Shown: piece after piece, positions 15,892 through 19,078 of the stretch
Numbering within the stretch: position 1 is the first letter of the stretch
Layout of the letters: each line of letters begins with the position of its first letter
Source of the DNA: Pirellulaceae bacterium
GTDB lineage: Bacteria; Planctomycetota; Planctomycetia; Pirellulales; Pirellulaceae
Length of the DNA: 19,078 bases
NCBI GenBank assembly: GCA_046595915.1
Contig: JBKJSI010000430.1
Location: 1-19,078 of the forward strand
Direction of reading: 5' to 3'
Notes under the pieces: model-generated
Told to the model about the DNA's origin: nothing
The model's input: the letters and a program-made list of their open reading frames with translations, nothing else
The model's database searches: none
Translations under genes and position numbers: made by a program

Positions 15892-16935
15892 CTACCGAAG
15901 GGCGATCTTGCCTTCGGCTGGGCTGTCGACGAACGAGAAGTTCTGAGTCTCGCCGGCGCGGAGAGTGATGGTCTTTTCCATCGATTCTTCCTTGCCATCC
16001 TTTTCGAAGCTCACCTTGATGGTGTAATCGGCCCAAGCAGCGCCACCGCTCAGCTTGGCAGTGCGGAACACGCGGGTGCCACCGGTGGCTTTGGTCGGGT
16101 TGCCGCCCAAAGTGACCTTGGCGTTTTCTGGCACGTTGAGAATCAAAACCGTCTCACTCGGCTTCGCAGCTTCCGTCTTGGGAGCGTCGGCCTTGAAGGC
16201 GACGTCCATGACATGACCAGGTCGCACGACGACATTCTTCACTTCTTCGATTTCTTTGCCATCGACGGTGAAGGTCGCTTTGACTTCGTAGTTGTAAGTT
16301 GCGCCGGCATCAAGACCGCGCGAGACAAACTGTCGCATTTCGCCGGTGCTCTTGGTTTCCTTGCCATTCACGAAGACCTTCGCTTCGGCAGGAACGGAAA
16401 CCGCGAGGATTGCTTCGCTGGCGGGAATGCCAGTGCTTCCTGCAACTTCGCTGTAGGCTGGAGCGTAAGCAGCGCCGTAGGCGCTGCCAACGGAGCCACC
16501 ATAAGTGCCGCCGTAATAGTAACCACCGGAAGATCCACCAGAGGACCCGCCCGAGTAAATCACACCGCCAGAAGAACCACCCGAAGATCCACCGGAGGAA
16601 CCGCCCGAAGAGCCGTAATAGTGGCCCGAGGATCCACCAGAGGAACCGCCGGACGATCCGTAATAAGAACGTCGATACGTTGCGCGAGCATAGTGACGAT
16701 CAGCCATGCGACGGAAAAGGCCGTGGCGATGACCTGACGAACCGCCCGAAGATCCACCCCAGCTACCGCCGGAAGAACCGTAATAGGCATAACCACCAGA
16801 CGAGCCGCCCGAGGATCCACCAGAAGATCCACCCGACGAACCCCATCCTGCCAGGGACTCAGCGGAACCGGCGACCAGCGAAGTCGCGCAAACGGCCGCC
16901 GCTAGCGCCCAACCTGTAAATTTCTTGCGCAGCAT
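15892..16935 (-). CDS. Secreted protein with a long Gly/Ser/Tyr-rich low-complexity region and two C-terminal TIGR03000 (planctomycete-specific) domains.
   Basis: An ATG at 16933-16935 is preceded by GGAGAG. The signal peptide is MLRKKFTGWALAAAVCATSLVAGSA. About 125 aa consist of (GSSGGSS)n with interspersed Tyr. Two roughly 75-aa repeats carry the VPxxAKVxxNG...T...G..R.F......Y.Y.V.A....DG pattern of TIGR03000. The 16-codon N-terminal extension in the track (start 16983) has no support. Confidence 0.8.
   Translation of the reverse strand: MLRKKFTGWALAAAVCATSLVAGSAESLAGWGSSGGSSGGSSGGSSGGYAYYGSSGGSWGGSSGGSSGHRHGLFRRMADRHYARATYRRSYYGSSGGSSGGSSGHYYGSSGGSSGGSSGGSSGGVIYSGGSSGGSSGGYYYGGTYGGSVGSAYGAAYAPAYSEVAGSTGIPASEAILAVSVPAEAKVFVNGKETKSTGEMRQFVSRGLDAGATYNYEVKATFTVDGKEIEEVKNVVVRPGHVMDVAFKADAPKTEAAKPSETVLILNVPENAKVTLGGNPTKATGGTRVFRTAKLSGGAAWADYTIKVSFEKDGKEESMEKTITLRAGETQNFSFVDSPAEGKIALR
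16480..16860. repeat. Imperfect 12-bp tandem DNA repeats (units such as ccaccggaggaa / ccgcccgaagag, in two blocks) that encode the (SSGG)n low-complexity region.
   Basis: Read directly from the sequence. The repeats show coding-frame periodicity on the minus strand. Confidence 0.7.
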
Positions 16936-17251
16936 GCAATTTCTCTCCAAAGTGAAGGTGCGTAAGCGTGTCGGGACGCGCAACGCTGTCAGTTTCGCTT
17001 TCCGAACATAGCAAGCGTAGCTTGCAATTCAAGCAGTTAGCGAGTTTTTGCCTATTGCGCAGACCTGGCGGTCTGGAGAAACGGCAATGACACCCACTCT
17101 AAAGAGGGGGTAATGTTTGTGCCGTAAATCGACCCATCAACCGTTGTTTACTTGAACTCGCATCCATAGTCGTTGATAATTCGCGATGGCGGCCCAAACG
17201 CCGTCACCCGCCAGTTAATGCCCACCCTGCCTCCGTTCATTGAGACCACGC

Positions 17252-19078
17252 ATGATGCGTCCCGCCTTGGCTCGTATTCTATTTCTTTCTACTGCCCTAC
17301 CTTTCGCTGTTCTGGTTGTGCAGGTTGCGCCGGCGCAGGATGGAGCAGCAGGAGCAGCGAAATGGTCGCAGCTTTCCGTTCTAGGAGGAGAATCGTATCA
17401 CCTAGCGGGCCGTGATTCAGCAGCTCAGTTGGTAGTGACCGCAAAGAAGGCCGATGGCAGCGAAGTCGATGCGACTCGCGACGTGCAATATCTCGCCGAG
17501 CCAATGGGAATCGTTGGCGTTGATGCAACGGGCTACGTCTCCGCTCAAGCAGAGGGCGAGGCGACCATCAAAATCAGCGGACCCGATGGACTTGCTGCCT
17601 CGGCAAAAGTGAAGGTCACCGACCTGAATACTGACTTGCCTATCAACTTTCCCAATCAGATCACGCCGATCTTCACCAAGTTTGGGTGCAACGGAGGCGG
17701 ATGTCACGGCAAGTCGGGCGGGCAAAATGGCTTTCGACTATCGCTCCTCGGTTTCGAGCCGAAGGAAGATTTTGAATTCCTCGTGAAGGAAGTCCGTGGT
17801 CGCCGACTCTTCCCCGCCGCGCCCGATCGCAGTTTGCTCTTACTCAAAGCAACCGGCTCGTTGCCTCATGGCGGCGGCGCTCGCATTGAGCCCGACTCGA
17901 CTTCGTATCGTTTGGTCCGCCGCTGGATTGAGCAAGGAATGCCTTATGGCGCGGCTACCGATGCTCATGTCACTCATATATCGGTCTCACCCACCGAACG
18001 CATTCTTTCGCGAGGCGGCGAACAACAAGTTTCGGTCATCGCCCACCTTTCCAATGGCAAGACCGAGGATGTGACCCGCACGACCCAGTTTGATTCCAAC
18101 GATGGCGAAATGGCCGGCGTAAGCGTGACCGGCCTCGTCTCCACCAATCAACTCACTGGCTCGGTCGCGATCATGGCTCGCTATCAAGGCCACGTCGGCG
18201 TCTTTCGCGCAACGATTCCACTAGGAATCGAAGTCACCAATCTGCCACCAAATCGCAACTACATCGATGAGTTTGTTTTCGCGAAGCTGAAAAAGCTCGG
18301 CTTGCCTCCATCCGGCTTGTGCGATGACGCGACTTATCTGCGACGAGTAACTGTCGATATTTGCGGCCGTTTACCGACGCTCGAAGAATCCGAAGCGTTT
18401 CTCAAGGACGCTGACCCCAACAAACGCGACCGGCTGGTGAGTCAATTGCTCGATAGTGCGGACTACGCCGAGAATTTCGCGAACAAATGGTCGGCAATCC
18501 TTCGCAACAAGCGTCGCAATGACCAAGACAAGAATGCGACCTTTGCGTTCCATGAGTGGATTCGTGAATCGCTGCTCGACAACGTTCCCTATGACCAATT
18601 TGTGCGAGCGATCGTTTCCGCGACCGGCGAACCGGGAAAAAATCCGCCCGCCGCTTGGTATCGCGAAGTCAAAGATGCCTCCGCGCAAGTCGAAGACACC
18701 GCGCAGCTCTTCCTGGGACTCCGAATTCAATGCGCCCGTTGCCATCACCATCCATTCGAAAAATGGAGCCAGCAAGACTACTACGGAGTCGCCGCGTTCT
18801 TTTCGCAAGTTGGCCGAAAGAAGGGCGAGCGAAATGATTCCGACCGAATTTATCACCGCGTCGGAACGGCATCCGCGACAAATCCCAAAACCAACCAAGG
18901 CGTAAAACCGACCGGACTTGGGGCCGCACCACTCGATATCGCGCCCGACGCTGATCCCCGCATCGCGCTGGCGGATTGGATGAGCGATCCTAACAACGCC
19001 TTCTTCTCCAAGGCGCTGGTGAATCGCTATTGGAAGCACTTCTTCAGCCGCGGGCTAGTCGATCCTGAAGATGACATG
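17252..19078 (+). CDS. PSCyt1/Big_2/PSCyt2 (DUF1549) planctomycete cytochrome-c-domain protein. It is partial at the 3' end (609 codons) and runs off the window.
   Basis: This ORF is not in the supplied track because it has no stop codon. The frame is open from the ATG at 17252 to the end of the window. A signal peptide is present. Ig-like Big_2 segments are present. The PSCyt1 heme-like motif is FTKFGCNGGGCHG and the DUF1549 hallmarks are DICGRLPT and RIQCARCHHHPFEKWSQQDYYGVAAFF. Confidence 0.9.
   Translation, partial: MMRPALARILFLSTALPFAVLVVQVAPAQDGAAGAAKWSQLSVLGGESYHLAGRDSAAQLVVTAKKADGSEVDATRDVQYLAEPMGIVGVDATGYVSAQAEGEATIKISGPDGLAASAKVKVTDLNTDLPINFPNQITPIFTKFGCNGGGCHGKSGGQNGFRLSLLGFEPKEDFEFLVKEVRGRRLFPAAPDRSLLLLKATGSLPHGGGARIEPDSTSYRLVRRWIEQGMPYGAATDAHVTHISVSPTERILSRGGEQQVSVIAHLSNGKTEDVTRTTQFDSNDGEMAGVSVTGLVSTNQLTGSVAIMARYQGHVGVFRATIPLGIEVTNLPPNRNYIDEFVFAKLKKLGLPPSGLCDDATYLRRVTVDICGRLPTLEESEAFLKDADPNKRDRLVSQLLDSADYAENFANKWSAILRNKRRNDQDKNATFAFHEWIRESLLDNVPYDQFVRAIVSATGEPGKNPPAAWYREVKDASAQVEDTAQLFLGLRIQCARCHHHPFEKWSQQDYYGVAAFFSQVGRKKGERNDSDRIYHRVGTASATNPKTNQGVKPTGLGAAPLDIAPDADPRIALADWMSDPNNAFFSKALVNRYWKHFFSRGLVDPEDDM

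Noticed and set aside
16213-16919. Plus-strand ORFs 16213..16737 and 16299..16919 (Arg-rich).
   Set aside because: They are the antisense and frame-shifted readings of the GSS-repeat region. The extreme Arg/His composition is an artifact of the repeat.
17417-19039. Minus-strand ORFs 17417..17725, 17987..18193, 18371..19039 and plus-strand ORF 17173..17415.
   Set aside because: They are antisense or out-of-frame relative to the strongly supported PSCyt1/PSCyt2 gene (conserved motifs across 609 codons).
1-19078. tRNA, rRNA, tmRNA, RNase P or SRP RNA genes.
   Set aside because: I scanned the intergenic gaps by eye for T-loop (GGTTCRANYCC), acceptor-stem and other conserved ncRNA cores and found none. 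I cannot exclude a novel sRNA; see the 2801-3478 finding.

Overview
The window is a 19 kb chromosomal segment that looks planctomycete (Pirellulales-like). I base that on roughly 55-58% GC, long intergenic gaps, weak or absent Shine-Dalgarno sites, and hallmark planctomycete families: a PSCyt1/PSCyt2 (DUF1549) cytochrome-c-domain protein, a TIGR03000 two-domain secreted protein and an LRR protein. The gene order I can support from the sequence is as follows.

Plus-strand genes up to 2800:
- The 3' end of a C-terminally membrane-anchored protein at 2..523.
- A tightly coupled 754-aa protein at 536..2800 with an N-terminal double-TM region, a vWA-like part and a GATase-like part (BatA-like architecture).
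- A 680-bp noncoding gap follows.

Convergent minus-strand genes:
- An M24B Xaa-Pro aminopeptidase (pepP).
- A CPBP/CAAX intramembrane protease.

Plus-strand genes from 5713 to 13570:
- A classic NfeD-flotillin (SPFH) pair, separated by a structured 255-bp spacer that carries three copies of a 24-bp stem-loop element.
- A membrane-anchored LRR protein.
- A CHASE-domain hybrid histidine kinase/receiver.
- A DUF1338 (HglS/YdcJ-like) protein.

Minus-strand genes from 13669 to 16935:
- A three-gene cassette: a 220-aa membrane-anchored protein, translationally coupled to an HTTM-domain (vitamin-K-carboxylase/SdpB-like) polytopic membrane protein, followed by a 90-aa secreted lipoprotein-like ORF.
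- Upstream of the cassette (on the minus strand), behind a strong terminator, a secreted Gly/Ser/Tyr-repeat protein with two TIGR03000 domains.

Plus-strand gene at the end:
- The 5' 609 codons of a PSCyt1/Big_2/PSCyt2 protein, running off the window.

I found no tRNA or rRNA genes, CRISPR arrays or mobile elements.

The most interesting candidate is the HTTM cassette. Its gene order (accessory protein, HTTM membrane protein, small secreted protein) matches the Bacillus sdpA-sdpB-sdpC peptide-maturation system. I could not find this arrangement described in Planctomycetota.
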